Below the pieces are notes generated by a model. It made no database searches. It saw only the letters and a list, made by a program, of their open reading frames with translations, and was not told where the DNA came from. From NCBI GenBank assembly GCA_964230645.1, contig CAXRHT010000002.1, forward strand, positions 128,001 to 192,000: a stretch of DNA of 64,000 bases. The letters run 5' to 3'. Numbering within the stretch: position 1 is the stretch's first letter; each line of letters opens with the position of its first letter. Source of the DNA: Bdellovibrionales bacterium (GTDB taxonomy: Bacteria > Bdellovibrionota > Bdellovibrionia > Bdellovibrionales > JAGQZY01). Below, piece by piece: positions 39,318-49,351 of this stretch. The position numbers and the translations under genes are program-made.

Positions 39318-40730
39318 ATGGCAGGAATTAATTTTAATAAGCAGGTGGAAGAGAACTTTCAAGCCGCGAGTCAATATTTAGATTTGAGCGAAGACTTACT
39401 CAATCAAATCAAAGAAAATAACACCATTGTTCATTTTAAATTTCCCATCAGAAGGGATGACGGGCGCATTGAAGTGATTGAGGCCTGGAGAGCCCAGCAC
39501 TCCCACCATCGTAAACCCTGTAAGGGAGGAATCCGCTTTGCTGAGATCGCCAATGAAGATGAGGTTAAAGCTCTAGCAGCACTGATGACCTACAAATGTG
39601 CCATCGTTGAGGTTCCCTTCGGAGGAGCCAAGGGTGCGGTTAAAATAGACTCTAAAAAATATTCCATGGCTGAAAGAGAGAGAATCTGCCGACGCCTGAC
39701 CTTTGAACTTCACAATAAAAACTTTATTGGTCCTGGTATTGATGTTCCTGCTCCTGACTATGGCTCAGGAGAGCAAGAAATGGCCTGGATCTCTGATACT
39801 TATAGTTCTCTTACCCATGAACTCAATGCCCCGGCCTGTGTGACAGGAAAACCGGTTGCTATGGGTGGAGTCAGAGGCCGAACGGAAGCCACGGGAATGG
39901 GTGTGGCATTTGGATTAAGGGAGATTTGTAAAAATCAAAAACTCATGGACCAGGTGAGTCTCTCTGCTGACATCAATGGGAAAAGGGTCGCTATTCAAGG
40001 CTTTGGTAATGTGGGTTACCACACCGCTCGCTACCTTTCCGAAATGGGAGCCAAGGTGACTCATGTGTCTGAGTTTGAGGGCATGATCTCAAACCCTGAA
40101 GGACTCGATATAAAAGAGCTCAACGAATTCCGTAGTAAAAACGGAAGCTTTGCAAAATTCTCTAAAGGCGAGTTCACAGAAAAAAGAGACGATGTCTTTG
40201 GGGTGGACTGTGACATTCTTGTACCGGCCGCTTTAGAAAACCAAATTCGTGAAGACAACTACGACCAAATCAAAGCGGGAATCATTGGCGAGGCCGCCAA
40301 TGGTCCAGTGACTTCAGAGGCCAGCAAAAAGCTTTTTGAAAAAGGCAAAGTCATTGTGCCCGACATATACCTCAATGCCGGTGGTGTGACGGTTTCCTAT
40401 TTCGAGTGGGTTAAAAACCTAAGTCACATTCGCTTTGGAAGAATTGATAAACGCTTTGATGCTGGGCAGTTTCAAGATATGGCCTCGCTGTTGTCGGAAG
40501 TGACTGAAAAAGACATCAGCAAAAACCTCGTGGATAAATTCCAGCGCCAAGGTGATGAAGCTCAACTTGTGGCCTCAGGTCTTGAGGAAACAATGATTGA
40601 GGCCCTTCGCCAGATCATAGAAGTGATGGAAGAGCACGATTACAAAATGGATTTACGCACAGCTACCTTTGTCTTAGCTATAACAAAAGTGGCTAAATCC
40701 TATGAACTCGCTGGGATTTTTCCAGGCTAA
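39318..40730 (+). CDS. gdhA: Glutamate dehydrogenase
   Basis: KGGIRF, MTYKCA, PFGGAKG, DVPAPD, QGFGNVG, EAANGP, NAGGVTVSYFEW. Confidence 0.93.
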   Translation: MAGINFNKQVEENFQAASQYLDLSEDLLNQIKENNTIVHFKFPIRRDDGRIEVIEAWRAQHSHHRKPCKGGIRFAEIANEDEVKALAALMTYKCAIVEVPFGGAKGAVKIDSKKYSMAERERICRRLTFELHNKNFIGPGIDVPAPDYGSGEQEMAWISDTYSSLTHELNAPACVTGKPVAMGGVRGRTEATGMGVAFGLREICKNQKLMDQVSLSADINGKRVAIQGFGNVGYHTARYLSEMGAKVTHVSEFEGMISNPEGLDIKELNEFRSKNGSFAKFSKGEFTEKRDDVFGVDCDILVPAALENQIREDNYDQIKAGIIGEAANGPVTSEASKKLFEKGKVIVPDIYLNAGGVTVSYFEWVKNLSHIRFGRIDKRFDAGQFQDMASLLSEVTEKDISKNLVDKFQRQGDEAQLVASGLEETMIEALRQIIEVMEEHDYKMDLRTATFVLAITKVAKSYELAGIFPG

Positions 40731-40777
40731 ACTAGGCTGACTTGAGTCTAAAATCTGTCGTCTTGATTCTAAAATAT

Positions 40778-40830
40778 GTCGTCTTGAGCGAAGCGAAAGA
40801 CCTTAGATCCTTCGCTTCGCTCAGGACGAC
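40778..40830. repeat. 53-bp GTC-tagged palindromic element (short form) with tandem half-units (about 40737-40868)
   Basis: GTCGTCTTGAGCGAAGCGAAAGACCT-T-AGATCCTTCGCTTCGCTCAGGACGAC. Confidence 0.9.
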
Positions 40831-40896
40831 AAGTTTCGCTCAGGATGACAAGTTTCGCTCAGGATGACCGGCTACTCAGGGAGCCCCTAGAGAGGG

Positions 40897-41619
40897 CTAC
40901 TGACGCAGTCTCAGACCGAGCATTTCTATAAACATGCTCAATCCATGGGTCACGAGTCGAACTTGTGAGCTCGTGGTTTCAGTCTTTCTTAATTGCACGG
41001 GAAGTTTGAAAATTTTAAGCTTTCGTTTCTTTGCTTTAAGTAAAAGCTCTAAATCAAATGAAAAGCCATTGTGGTGAACTTGGGTGAAAAGGCTTTTGGC
41101 GATCTCTTTTTTAAAAGCTTTAAGTCCACACTGGGTATCTCCATAGAGGGAACCAAACAAAAGTCTTACAAAAACTATGTAGGTGTAGCTAGCCCATTTT
41201 CTTCTTATGGAAATTTTTTGAAAATAGACCGAGTCTTTCTGTATCCGATCACCAATAACAATATCGGCTCCCTGCTGTAGCTTCTCAACCATCTCGTTTA
41301 AGTTTTTAATTTCAAAGGGTAAATCAATATCAGTGAATAAAATAAAATCCCCGCAGGCTTCTATCACCCCTCTCTTAACAGCGCCCCCTTTTCCTTGATG
41401 TTGATTAAGGGAGACGAGTTTAAAAAGTCTTGATTCTTTTTGAAGAGTCTTGAGGTGTTCGATTTCTTCCTGGCCGTCGGAGATCACAAGAAACTCCCAG
41501 TGGTAATCCTGATTCTTTTGAATCTCTTCGATGATGGGAAGGCTTTGCTCTAAAAGAGATGCGCCAAAGTAGCAAGGTAGAACAATACTAATTTTCAGGT
41601 GCTGTTTTTGAGAAGACAT
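40897..41619 (-). CDS. GT2 glycosyltransferase (dolichyl-phosphate glucosyltransferase-like)
   Basis: GKGGAV, FTDID (DxD), DTQCGLKAF, FSFDLELL. Confidence 0.85.
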   Translation of the reverse strand: MSSQKQHLKISIVLPCYFGASLLEQSLPIIEEIQKNQDYHWEFLVISDGQEEIEHLKTLQKESRLFKLVSLNQHQGKGGAVKRGVIEACGDFILFTDIDLPFEIKNLNEMVEKLQQGADIVIGDRIQKDSVYFQKISIRRKWASYTYIVFVRLLFGSLYGDTQCGLKAFKKEIAKSLFTQVHHNGFSFDLELLLKAKKRKLKIFKLPVQLRKTETTSSQVRLVTHGLSMFIEMLGLRLRQ

Positions 41620-41639
41620 CTGATTATTGAATAATTCTC

Positions 41640-42521
41640 CTAATTTACAATTTTTCGTTCAGGAAGAAGTTCACCCGCGTTTACTTTCACTTCTAATTTT
41701 TTCTGCAGTCCCACTGGACAATGCCAGAACGGGGAGTGGGCACAAAAGAAATTCATACTGCGATTAAAGTCCAGAGTGATCTCTTGATTCTGATGAATTC
41801 CAGCGGGAGTTTCAATCACAAGCTCACGACCTCCAGCATAAGTCTCAACCCCAGCGCCTTCATCAGAGAACACAAGGGCAATATAAGTGATCTTTTCTCC
41901 CTTTTTTTGCCAATTGTAAGCGGGTAGGAAAAAATCTTTACCAAAGAGATGAAAGCTCACATTTCCCACTTGATTCACTTTCGTCGCGTCACCTTGAACG
42001 GTTTTATAACTTACGAAACGGGGAGGGTGAATTTTGAGTGAGCCCTTTACCACGGCCTGTGGATTAAAATCATAAAAACGAAAACCTGAAAATCTTTTGA
42101 TTTGATCGGGATCATAAAGATAGGTCCACATTTTTTGGGAACGCTTACCGAAAACAACCTCGGCGATCGCGCCGTTGGGAAGGGTGATTTTCTTTCGCCT
42201 TTTGTCTGGCTTGTCCACTAAATATCCAAGGGTTTTACCTCGCTTTTTGACTCGAATCTTTTTCCCTAAGTGCTCAGCATGAATGTAGAATTTGTCTGGT
42301 TTTTTCTTCACCCACTTGGTGTTGCCTCGGCTATCGGCGAGTATAAGGTAAAGCGATTCTCCTTTACCGGTTTGACTGAGAGCGTAGGCATTTAAAAAAG
42401 AAGTGGGTGAGGAGAGGGCCCGTTTGTAGTTCTCCTTTTTCCAGTCCTGCCAGTCGCTTTTATTAAAGGATTCCGCCCACGCAAAGCTCAGTATTAAAGA
42501 AAGAATCAAAGTCATTTTCAC
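41640..42521 (-). CDS. DUF1684-family protein, exported
   Basis: FSDEGAGVETYAGGR...LDFNRSMNFFCAHSPFWHCP...VNAGE. Confidence 0.8.
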   Translation of the reverse strand: MKMTLILSLILSFAWAESFNKSDWQDWKKENYKRALSSPTSFLNAYALSQTGKGESLYLILADSRGNTKWVKKKPDKFYIHAEHLGKKIRVKKRGKTLGYLVDKPDKRRKKITLPNGAIAEVVFGKRSQKMWTYLYDPDQIKRFSGFRFYDFNPQAVVKGSLKIHPPRFVSYKTVQGDATKVNQVGNVSFHLFGKDFFLPAYNWQKKGEKITYIALVFSDEGAGVETYAGGRELVIETPAGIHQNQEITLDFNRSMNFFCAHSPFWHCPVGLQKKLEVKVNAGELLPERKIVN

Positions 42522-42632
42522 CCCTTAAAAAAGCTCTCTTTGTGGGTTTTCCCAAGGCCGAGCTTGCAGGCCCATCTTCCTTTATGCATGATAGAAGATC
42601 AACAGTCATAAAACAATGTTTGAGGGACTCTA

Positions 42633-43652
42633 ATGAGACGTGAGCAAGAATGGATCCTAGGAGAGCTTGAAAAGACTTTAAAAGAATTACTTTCAACTTC
42701 TTCAGGCAGAAGAAGCTTTTTAAAAGCCATGCCTTTGCTATTAGCGGCTTGCTCAACTGGCCCAAAGACTCGCTACCGTGAAGGTGATAACACTGGGCAG
42801 GCCACCAATCTCTCGGTAGCCGATGAACGTCGCATGACCGCCGAAGTTCTTCCACAAATGAAAAAGGACTACCCCCCTTTAAGAGACCCTCAAATGCAAA
42901 GCTACATTCGTGGTCTTGGTAACAAGATTGTTCGCTCCAATAACCTTAGCGGAAATCCCTACAGATACAATTTCACCGTGGTGGATGTAAATTACGTCAA
43001 CGCTTTTGCTTTGCCGGCAGGAACCGTTTTTGTAACCACCCCACTCATCGCTATGGCTGACTCAGAAGCGGAACTTGCCGGAGTCATAGGACATGAAGTG
43101 GGCCATATCAAAGCTCGTCATTCAGCCGAACGCATTTATGCTGCAGAAAAATCTCAAAAAAAGAGTTGGCTTTACGCTCTTGGCGGAGGTCTTGCAGGGG
43201 CCGCCCTTGGATTTGGAGTTGGAAAACTGGTTTGTCCCCCTCGTGATAAGGAGTGCCTCGCACGGGCAGCCACCTACGGAGGGGCTGCTGGAGTCGGGGG
43301 TGGACTTTTGATTCAAAAATACGGCTTTATGGCCAATTCTAGAGAGGATGAGATGGAGGCCGACCGCATCGGTTTTATCACATCCACAAAAGCGGGCTAC
43401 GATAAAAATCATGTGGGACGCTTTTACTCAAAGCTCCTAGAAATGGAAAGGCAGAGAAAAAACGGGGGTGGGATTCTCGCTTCATTTGCTGACGCACTAA
43501 GCACTCATCCTCCCAGCCAGGATCGTGTGGTGCAAATGAGGCAAATGGCGCGTCAAACACCTTTGGGACAGGGACAAGTGACTTCAAGCGCCTTTTCTAA
43601 GGTCCAGCAAAAAGCTAAAACCATTGCCAGACGCAAAGGGGCAAAAGTTTAG
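42633..43652 (+). CDS. M48 metalloprotease (BepA-like), probable Tat lipoprotein
   Basis: NAFALPAG, GHEVGH, EMEAD, STHP; SGRRSFLK followed by LAA-C. Confidence 0.85.
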   Translation: MRREQEWILGELEKTLKELLSTSSGRRSFLKAMPLLLAACSTGPKTRYREGDNTGQATNLSVADERRMTAEVLPQMKKDYPPLRDPQMQSYIRGLGNKIVRSNNLSGNPYRYNFTVVDVNYVNAFALPAGTVFVTTPLIAMADSEAELAGVIGHEVGHIKARHSAERIYAAEKSQKKSWLYALGGGLAGAALGFGVGKLVCPPRDKECLARAATYGGAAGVGGGLLIQKYGFMANSREDEMEADRIGFITSTKAGYDKNHVGRFYSKLLEMERQRKNGGGILASFADALSTHPPSQDRVVQMRQMARQTPLGQGQVTSSAFSKVQQKAKTIARRKGAKV

Positions 43653-43710
43653 GGAAAGGGACGAGCCGTTTTCCTTCTTAGGCCCTTTTATCTTAAAAGA
43701 AAGGCCCAAT

Positions 43711-44223
43711 ATGAATTTGGAAAAGGCATTAAGAGTGGTTCCTAACTTCCCGAAACAAGGGGTGGATTTTCTTGATATCTCACCGATCATCGAAGACCCC
43801 AAAAACTTTGATTTTCTCATCAAAAGTTTAAGCGAAGTGGCGAATAAATATGAGTTTAATAAAATTGTGGCCATCGAATCCCGAGGTTTTATTTTAGGAA
43901 GTGCGCTGGCGCAAGCCATGGGAAAAGGTATGGTCATGGTGAGAAAAAAAGGCAAGCTTCCCGGTAAAACTGTGAGCCACACCTACGACCTCGAGTACGG
44001 TACTGACACCATTGAAATGCTCCCCTCTTCTCTTGAAAAAGAGGAAAAGGTTTTGCTTCTCGATGATGTTCTGGCCACCGGAGGAACAGCTCAAGCTGCT
44101 GAAAAACTTATTGCTGAATTGGGTGCAAAGGTGAGTGCCAACTTATTTTTTATTGAATTGGATTTTTTAAAAGGGCGCGAGAAGCTCTCTGCCCCCGTGG
44201 AAGCTCTTGTTCATCGTGGGTAA
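43711..44223 (+). CDS. apt: Adenine phosphoribosyltransferase
   Basis: PNFPKQGVDFLDI, IESRGF, RKKGKLP, LEYG, DDVLATGGT. Confidence 0.95.
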   Translation: MNLEKALRVVPNFPKQGVDFLDISPIIEDPKNFDFLIKSLSEVANKYEFNKIVAIESRGFILGSALAQAMGKGMVMVRKKGKLPGKTVSHTYDLEYGTDTIEMLPSSLEKEEKVLLLDDVLATGGTAQAAEKLIAELGAKVSANLFFIELDFLKGREKLSAPVEALVHRG

Positions 44224-44280
44224 AGTGGAATTTTTAACACTGCTGTGTCCGGTGGATTTTCCGCCACTGGCCATAAACAT

Positions 44281-44333
44281 GTCGTCTTGAGCGAAGCGAA
44301 AGACCTAAGATCCTTCGCTACGCTCAGGATGAC
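44281..44333. repeat. 53-bp GTC-tagged palindromic element (short form)
   Basis: GTCGTCTTGAGCGAAGCGAAAGACCT-A-AGATCCTTCGCTACGCTCAGGATGAC. Confidence 0.9.
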
Positions 44334-44403
44334 ATTGGTGTTCAGGAGGACACTGGACAATCGGACGAACAGCAGTAATTTCAAAACAAAAAGGTTATTA
44401 ATT

Positions 44404-44976
44404 ATGTTGCATATTTTAGTGGGTACAAATCGCGAGGGTTCAAGATCAGCCGAGGTGGCCGAGTTTATTAAGCCTTTTTACGAAAAAGAAGGCATGGAAA
44501 CCAGGATCATGAACATCAAGGACGTGGGACTTGGAGAACTTAATCGAGAAAGCTATGGGGATGAAAAGCCCAAAGCCTTAACGGACGCAGTGGACGAACT
44601 TTTAGAAACAGACGGCCTTGTTGTTATAGTCCCTGAGTACAACGGCTCGATGCCAGGGGCTCTGAAGTACTTCATTGATCATTGGCGCTATCCTGAATCT
44701 TTTGAACACCGCCCTGTGGCCTTTATCGGTCTTGGAGGTCGTTTTGGTGGACTCAGGCCCGTTGAACACCTCCAGCAGGTGTTTGGCTATCGTAACTCTT
44801 TTATTTATCCTGACCGAGTGTTTTTACACAACGTCTGGGGCCTGATCAAAGACGCCACTATAGAGGATGACCTGATTTGTAAGCTTCTAAAGAGCCAAGC
44901 CCAAGGCTTTTGTCGGTTTATCAAGGCCCTAAAGTCTGAAAAGCTCCATGGGGGGGATTACAAACCCAAAAATTAA
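44404..44976 (+). CDS. NADPH-dependent FMN reductase
   Basis: GTNREGSRS, PEYNGSMPGALKYFID, GGLRPVEHL. Start moved downstream of the repeat. Confidence 0.88.
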   Translation: MLHILVGTNREGSRSAEVAEFIKPFYEKEGMETRIMNIKDVGLGELNRESYGDEKPKALTDAVDELLETDGLVVIVPEYNGSMPGALKYFIDHWRYPESFEHRPVAFIGLGGRFGGLRPVEHLQQVFGYRNSFIYPDRVFLHNVWGLIKDATIEDDLICKLLKSQAQGFCRFIKALKSEKLHGGDYKPKN

Positions 44977-44991
44977 GTTAGACTAAGGAGT

Positions 44992-45762
44992 ATGAAGAAA
45001 ATCCTGTTTATACTCCTACCCCTAGTCGTTGCAAGCTGTGCTCATAACAAAGAAACTGAAGCAGAGCGTGCGGAAGTGAATGAAAAATACCCTGTGGTTT
45101 CCATAGAAACATCCGGTGACCTTTATTTCGAAGAAGGTGGCTCCAATATCCAAATGGATCTCTTTGGTAACTGTGCTCCTGGGCAAAAGGTCATCTACGT
45201 TCAAGTGGACCAAAAAAAACAAGCCACAAATTGTAAAAAAGGTCGTTATCGCTACTCGATGAATCTGCCTAAAAGCTTCTTTGATTCTGGAAGAGACGGA
45301 CGAACGCCTTCTTCAAAATATGTGATGAAAGAGGTTATGGCCTATCACCATGGGCATAAGAAGTTAAAAGCCACCTCCTATATCCTTATTGATAGAAAGC
45401 GTAGAGAAGTGAAATCTGTGATTAACAAACAAGTGAAATTCGAAAAAATCCCAACGGGTGAGTACGAGCCTATCACGCAGTACAACGCTTTTGGTGGTTG
45501 CTCAACGGGTTCCATTTTAAAACTTGATATCACAGCTCCCGATCGTTTTGGGCATGAGCGCTCAAAGTATGACGAGAAGAAAATCTGTGAAAAGGCCGGT
45601 GGCTACTACTTCTTAAGCCAAGTCCATGGTTTCCCCAAAAAAGGAACCAAGGTGTATATCTACGAAGATAAAAAAGTGAAGAGCAAAAGAACACCTGCCA
45701 GCAGTGGTAAGTCGACTCCTCGCTACAAAAATCTTTTCAAGTGGGCATTGCCAGTTAACTAA
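44992..45762 (+). CDS. Hypothetical lipoprotein with an internally duplicated Cys module
   Basis: VAS-C lipobox; FGNC...C-KKGRY and FGGC...CEKAGGY modules. Confidence 0.7.
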   Translation: MKKILFILLPLVVASCAHNKETEAERAEVNEKYPVVSIETSGDLYFEEGGSNIQMDLFGNCAPGQKVIYVQVDQKKQATNCKKGRYRYSMNLPKSFFDSGRDGRTPSSKYVMKEVMAYHHGHKKLKATSYILIDRKRREVKSVINKQVKFEKIPTGEYEPITQYNAFGGCSTGSILKLDITAPDRFGHERSKYDEKKICEKAGGYYFLSQVHGFPKKGTKVYIYEDKKVKSKRTPASSGKSTPRYKNLFKWALPVN

Positions 45763-45789
45763 TCTAGATTTTAAATAAGTAAAATTTTG

Positions 45790-45821
45790 AAGCCTCTCTT
45801 TTTTTGGAGAGGCTTTTTTTT
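45790..45821 (+). terminator. Intrinsic terminator
   Basis: AAGCCTCTC...GAGAGGCTT followed by a T-run. Confidence 0.8.
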
Positions 45822-45888
45822 GCTATTTAAACCTTTCATATTGTCGTTTTAAGCGTAGCTTGTCGTCTTGTCGCCCTGAGTACAGCTT

Positions 45889-45981
45889 GTCGTCCTGAGC
45901 GCAGCGAAGGACCTTTTCCGAGGACCATGGTTGATAATGCGAACTTAGTGGTGGAAGATTCTTCGCTACGCTCAGAATGAC
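45889..45981. repeat. 93-bp GTC-tagged palindromic element (long form) followed by three 19-bp units AAGCTGCGCTCAGAATGAC to 46038
   Basis: Arms and core match the 25305 copy. Confidence 0.9.
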
Positions 45982-46100
45982 AAGCTGCGCTCAGAATGAC
46001 AAGCTGCGCTCAGAATGACAAGCTGCGCTCAGAATGACAGTAGGCTCGAGCACTTTCTTCCTGAGCGCACCAGAGTCTTAACTCAAAAAATATCTAACCA

Positions 46101-47099
46101 TTATTGTTTTTTTAAAGATTTAATTCTTTCGTTAGTACCTGGGTGGGTGGAGATCCATGAAGGTATTTCCAGTTTCTTTTTCTTTTTACGCTCGTCTTCC
46201 ATTTTCTCAAGCGCTCGTCCCAGCAGTAGGGGCTCTAATCCTCGAGCTTTAAGCTCTTTAGCCGCAAATTCGTCGGCCTCTCTTTCCATATCGCGACTGT
46301 AGGAGGATGATAGAAGGACCAGGGACAAGGTGCTCCAGTCGCCAAGCCCCACCACAAAAGATAAAAAGAAATAAAGCCCGGCTTGTTGCACGGCCGCTTT
46401 TAGTCCATGTTTGTGAACCACATGCCCCATTTCGTGTAGAAGAACGGCCTGAATCTCTCCAGGATTTTCTTTAAGGAGCTCGTAAAGACTGTCGGTGAAA
46501 TAGATTCGACCCGCTGGCAGAGCGAAAGCGTTGGGTCCCATTTTTTCAGTGGCCGCCATTTTTAACTCAAAATCAATGGACTCGTAGTTAGCAGTCAGGT
46601 CCTCAAATAGCTTTTTCATCCTCTCTTTTTCAGAAGGCTTTAATTGGGTTTTCTGCAGAAAGTCCTCTCGCTCAAGAAGAGTTAAAGTGGAATCTTGCAT
46701 ATATTCCGAGACTTTACCAGGCAACCTTTGAGCCATTTGTTCAGCCATGACAGGCAGCAAAGATTGGTAAACAAGATAACAAACCACTGCACTAAAACAG
46801 AGAGCGGGAACAATAAAAGCCCAGCGATCCTCAATAGCATGGAGGAGTTTCTTCCAATTTTCGTGGGGATGAATCTTTAAAACTTTGTCGTACTCTTTGG
46901 TTTCAAAAAGAGCTTGATCAAAAAAGCGTAAGGTTTGAGGAAGATTAGCAATTCTTCCTTCAACTTGGACCTCAGACTTAGGGTAGGAAAGGGTTGCTTC
47001 TCCCTCACGGTGAACCTCGATGACGTCCCCTTGAACCCAGAGAGTGGCCTTGTGTCTTTTTGAAGTTTTGCCGTCGTAAAAGTAACCTTTTATTTTCAT
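46101..47099 (-). CDS. M48-family metalloprotease
   Basis: NAFALPAG, LHEMGH, EREAD, STHP; paired with DUF898. Confidence 0.88.
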   Translation of the reverse strand: MKIKGYFYDGKTSKRHKATLWVQGDVIEVHREGEATLSYPKSEVQVEGRIANLPQTLRFFDQALFETKEYDKVLKIHPHENWKKLLHAIEDRWAFIVPALCFSAVVCYLVYQSLLPVMAEQMAQRLPGKVSEYMQDSTLTLLEREDFLQKTQLKPSEKERMKKLFEDLTANYESIDFELKMAATEKMGPNAFALPAGRIYFTDSLYELLKENPGEIQAVLLHEMGHVVHKHGLKAAVQQAGLYFFLSFVVGLGDWSTLSLVLLSSSYSRDMEREADEFAAKELKARGLEPLLLGRALEKMEDERKKKKKLEIPSWISTHPGTNERIKSLKKQ

Positions 47100-48133
47100 C
47101 AGAACCCGATATCAAAATCCCAAAAGTCCAAAGCGGCATCGGCCGCACTGCCGTCGCCTTTTCGGGCTTCCTGAATGAACTCATCAAAGTGCTTAGAATC
47201 ATCGGCAATCAACTGGATATTATTGCATTTATAAAGATGAAGGCGAATGAGAGCCCAGGGGGTCAGTAGGCCAAGGCTAAAAATAATGGCCAAAGCATTG
47301 GTAAAGAGTATTTTAAAATACTCCTGTGTCTCAAGCCTGGCACGAAAGTCAATGCCTTCAAGGGAGCTGCTATTGACCACTAGGTTTATGATTTTCGTCT
47401 TGTGAAATGCGGTGATATAAACAATTCCAGCACCTAAAAACACATAAGTAAGGGCCATGCCCACAAAAGGAGTGGCCTCTTTACTGATATTTCCTGTTAA
47501 CAAATAGGCCGCACCTCCCACAATCAGGGCAAGACAAACAACGATGAGGAGGTAGATAAGGCCCATCATAAAGAAAATGGTGAAAAAGTCCGTGCCTGTC
47601 GCATTGAACCTGAACTTTTTCTGCCCGTAATAACTATTGGATATTGTAAAGTGTTTGTGGCGACAGTAGGCCCAAGCCCAAGCTAGACCCAGACTACAAA
47701 GTGTGATTAATCCGGCGATAGAATAGTTTTTATAACTCGCTTTAAGGTCTCTTGTGAAATCAAAGCGCACATTCTTATAAGTGGTATTGGTGAGATTGAA
47801 AATAGAACCTTTAACAATGATCCACGGAAACAGCACAATAAAACAGACAATAGCAAAAAGACCGATGGAGTAGTGCAAAAGAGGGCCATAAAGGTAACAT
47901 AAGAAAAAGAAGCCAAGAATCAGGCGGCCTACAAGAATCTTTTTTGGATCAGCGGTATAATCAAATCGCCCTTCATTTATCAGAGTGTTGCCATAAAGGT
48001 ATTTCCTATTTCTAACTTTAGCCCAGGCTGAGTAAATTCCTAGGGTCACAATTGTGAGTAGAGTATTTACAATCCATATTTTAAAATACTCATTGGCGTT
48101 GCCTTCAAAACGCACCTTAAAATTTTCCCGCAT
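47099..48133 (-). CDS. YjgN/DUF898-family membrane protein
   Basis: EYFKIWIVNTLLTIVTLGIYSAWAKVR signature. Confidence 0.9.
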   Translation of the reverse strand: MRENFKVRFEGNANEYFKIWIVNTLLTIVTLGIYSAWAKVRNRKYLYGNTLINEGRFDYTADPKKILVGRLILGFFFLCYLYGPLLHYSIGLFAIVCFIVLFPWIIVKGSIFNLTNTTYKNVRFDFTRDLKASYKNYSIAGLITLCSLGLAWAWAYCRHKHFTISNSYYGQKKFRFNATGTDFFTIFFMMGLIYLLIVVCLALIVGGAAYLLTGNISKEATPFVGMALTYVFLGAGIVYITAFHKTKIINLVVNSSSLEGIDFRARLETQEYFKILFTNALAIIFSLGLLTPWALIRLHLYKCNNIQLIADDSKHFDEFIQEARKGDGSAADAALDFWDFDIGF

Positions 48134-48218
48134 GCCCTTAGCCCTCCGCGCCCAAAGCCATCTTGAGCGTAGTTCATAGTCATTCAGAGCCCAGCAATGT
48201 CATCCAGAGCCCAGCAAT

Positions 48219-48271
48219 GTCATCCTGAGCGTAGCGAAGGATCTTAGGTCTTTCGCTTCGCTCAAGACGAC
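48219..48271. repeat. 53-bp GTC-tagged palindromic element (short form, reverse orientation) with upstream tandem half-units
   Basis: GTCATCCTGAGCGTAGCGAAGGATCT-T-AGGTCTTTCGCTTCGCTCAAGACGAC. Confidence 0.9.
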
Positions 48272-48458
48272 ACAACTCCACTCGAGACGACAGGCCTTTC
48301 CTCAAAACACCACGTCTTCGTTCAACTCAAATTTTGCATGTAAGACCACTTTACTCAACGGGCTTTTGCCAGTCGGTCCCATTTTTTTAGATTTGAACGC
48401 ATTTTTTTAAAATTTTGAGCAATTCTCAAGGCTTTTAATCGGTGTAGAACCTCGATCT

Positions 48459-49001
48459 ATGGAATGGATTCGCTTGGTTCTTGATATTTTAATACTAGGG
48501 GTTTGGCTTCTTTATGCCCAGCTCTTTTATAAGAGCTGGAAAAGTAGTCGCACGCCACGCCTTCTAATTGGTGTGAGTAGTGACAGTAAAGGAGAAGATG
48601 TCGTCTACCTAACCAATTTGAGTGAAAAGACCATCCACGTCGACGAGATTCAGGTGCGTGATAGCAAAAACTCCTGCACAAATATCACAGCCCTTAAAAA
48701 TGAATTAGAAAATCGGGAGAAAAGTGAGTCTCTAATGGAAAACTCCTACCAAGGACCTTTAGCTCCTGGCAGCCTCCGTGAGATTCGAGGCGTAGGTCCG
48801 TTCATTGATCGCTTCAGTGAAAATCAAGGCGAGATTACACTGTGTGCCCTCGGAGTATATTCCGAGGAATTCAGGCATGTGGGTTTTAAACGGAAACTCT
48901 CCTATGAAAAAAAAGAGGGCAAGATTCGTCTACAAGCAAAAAATCCCACTCAAACCATTGAAGCTCAGTTTAAATCTGGAATCTGGGAGTCGAAACTTTA
49001 G
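48459..49001 (+). CDS. Hypothetical membrane-anchored protein
   Basis: N-terminal TM segment, 180-aa ORF. Confidence 0.65.
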   Translation: MEWIRLVLDILILGVWLLYAQLFYKSWKSSRTPRLLIGVSSDSKGEDVVYLTNLSEKTIHVDEIQVRDSKNSCTNITALKNELENREKSESLMENSYQGPLAPGSLREIRGVGPFIDRFSENQGEITLCALGVYSEEFRHVGFKRKLSYEKKEGKIRLQAKNPTQTIEAQFKSGIWESKL

Positions 49002-49066
49002 AAGGGTATAGGCGCAATACTAAGAAACCACACCCCTAAAAAAATCACTGAAAATATAATAATTAA
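48999..49066 (-). pseudogene. Decayed duplicate of the 3' end of the small membrane-protein gene at 50674-50850
   Basis: Encodes LIIIFSVIFLGVWFLSIAPIPF* preceded by an in-frame TGA; 48/55 nt identical (49011-49065 vs 50687-50741). Confidence 0.7.
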
Positions 49067-49351
49067 TCAGATGTTGATCCTGTTGCGCGGAGTGTTGAGG
49101 TTGGAGCCGTTTCTCTGCCGGGTTTACTTAATTTTGTCTGTAAACGAAGGCTATGCATTAAAGTTTGAAAAAAGAGGTAAGGGTTTTTGAACTCAAATGA
49201 TGTGTTCTTTTTTTTGTAAGACCAGAAGTAAAAATCTTCTTGTTTTCGATAATATCCAAGCCATAGAATTAAAGTTCACTGATTGATAAACTCAAACTAT
49301 AGTAAGATCAAATGTTTAAATACTAGATCTAAAGATCTTCGAGAGGTGATT

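Noticed and set aside
45841..46038. CRISPR-like appearance of tandem repeats (also 63497-63687)
   Set aside because: The units are contiguous 18-24-bp half-arms without unique spacers, and there are no cas genes.
46101..48133. DUF898 + M48 pair as a novel system
   Set aside because: This is a widespread, already recognised gene pair.
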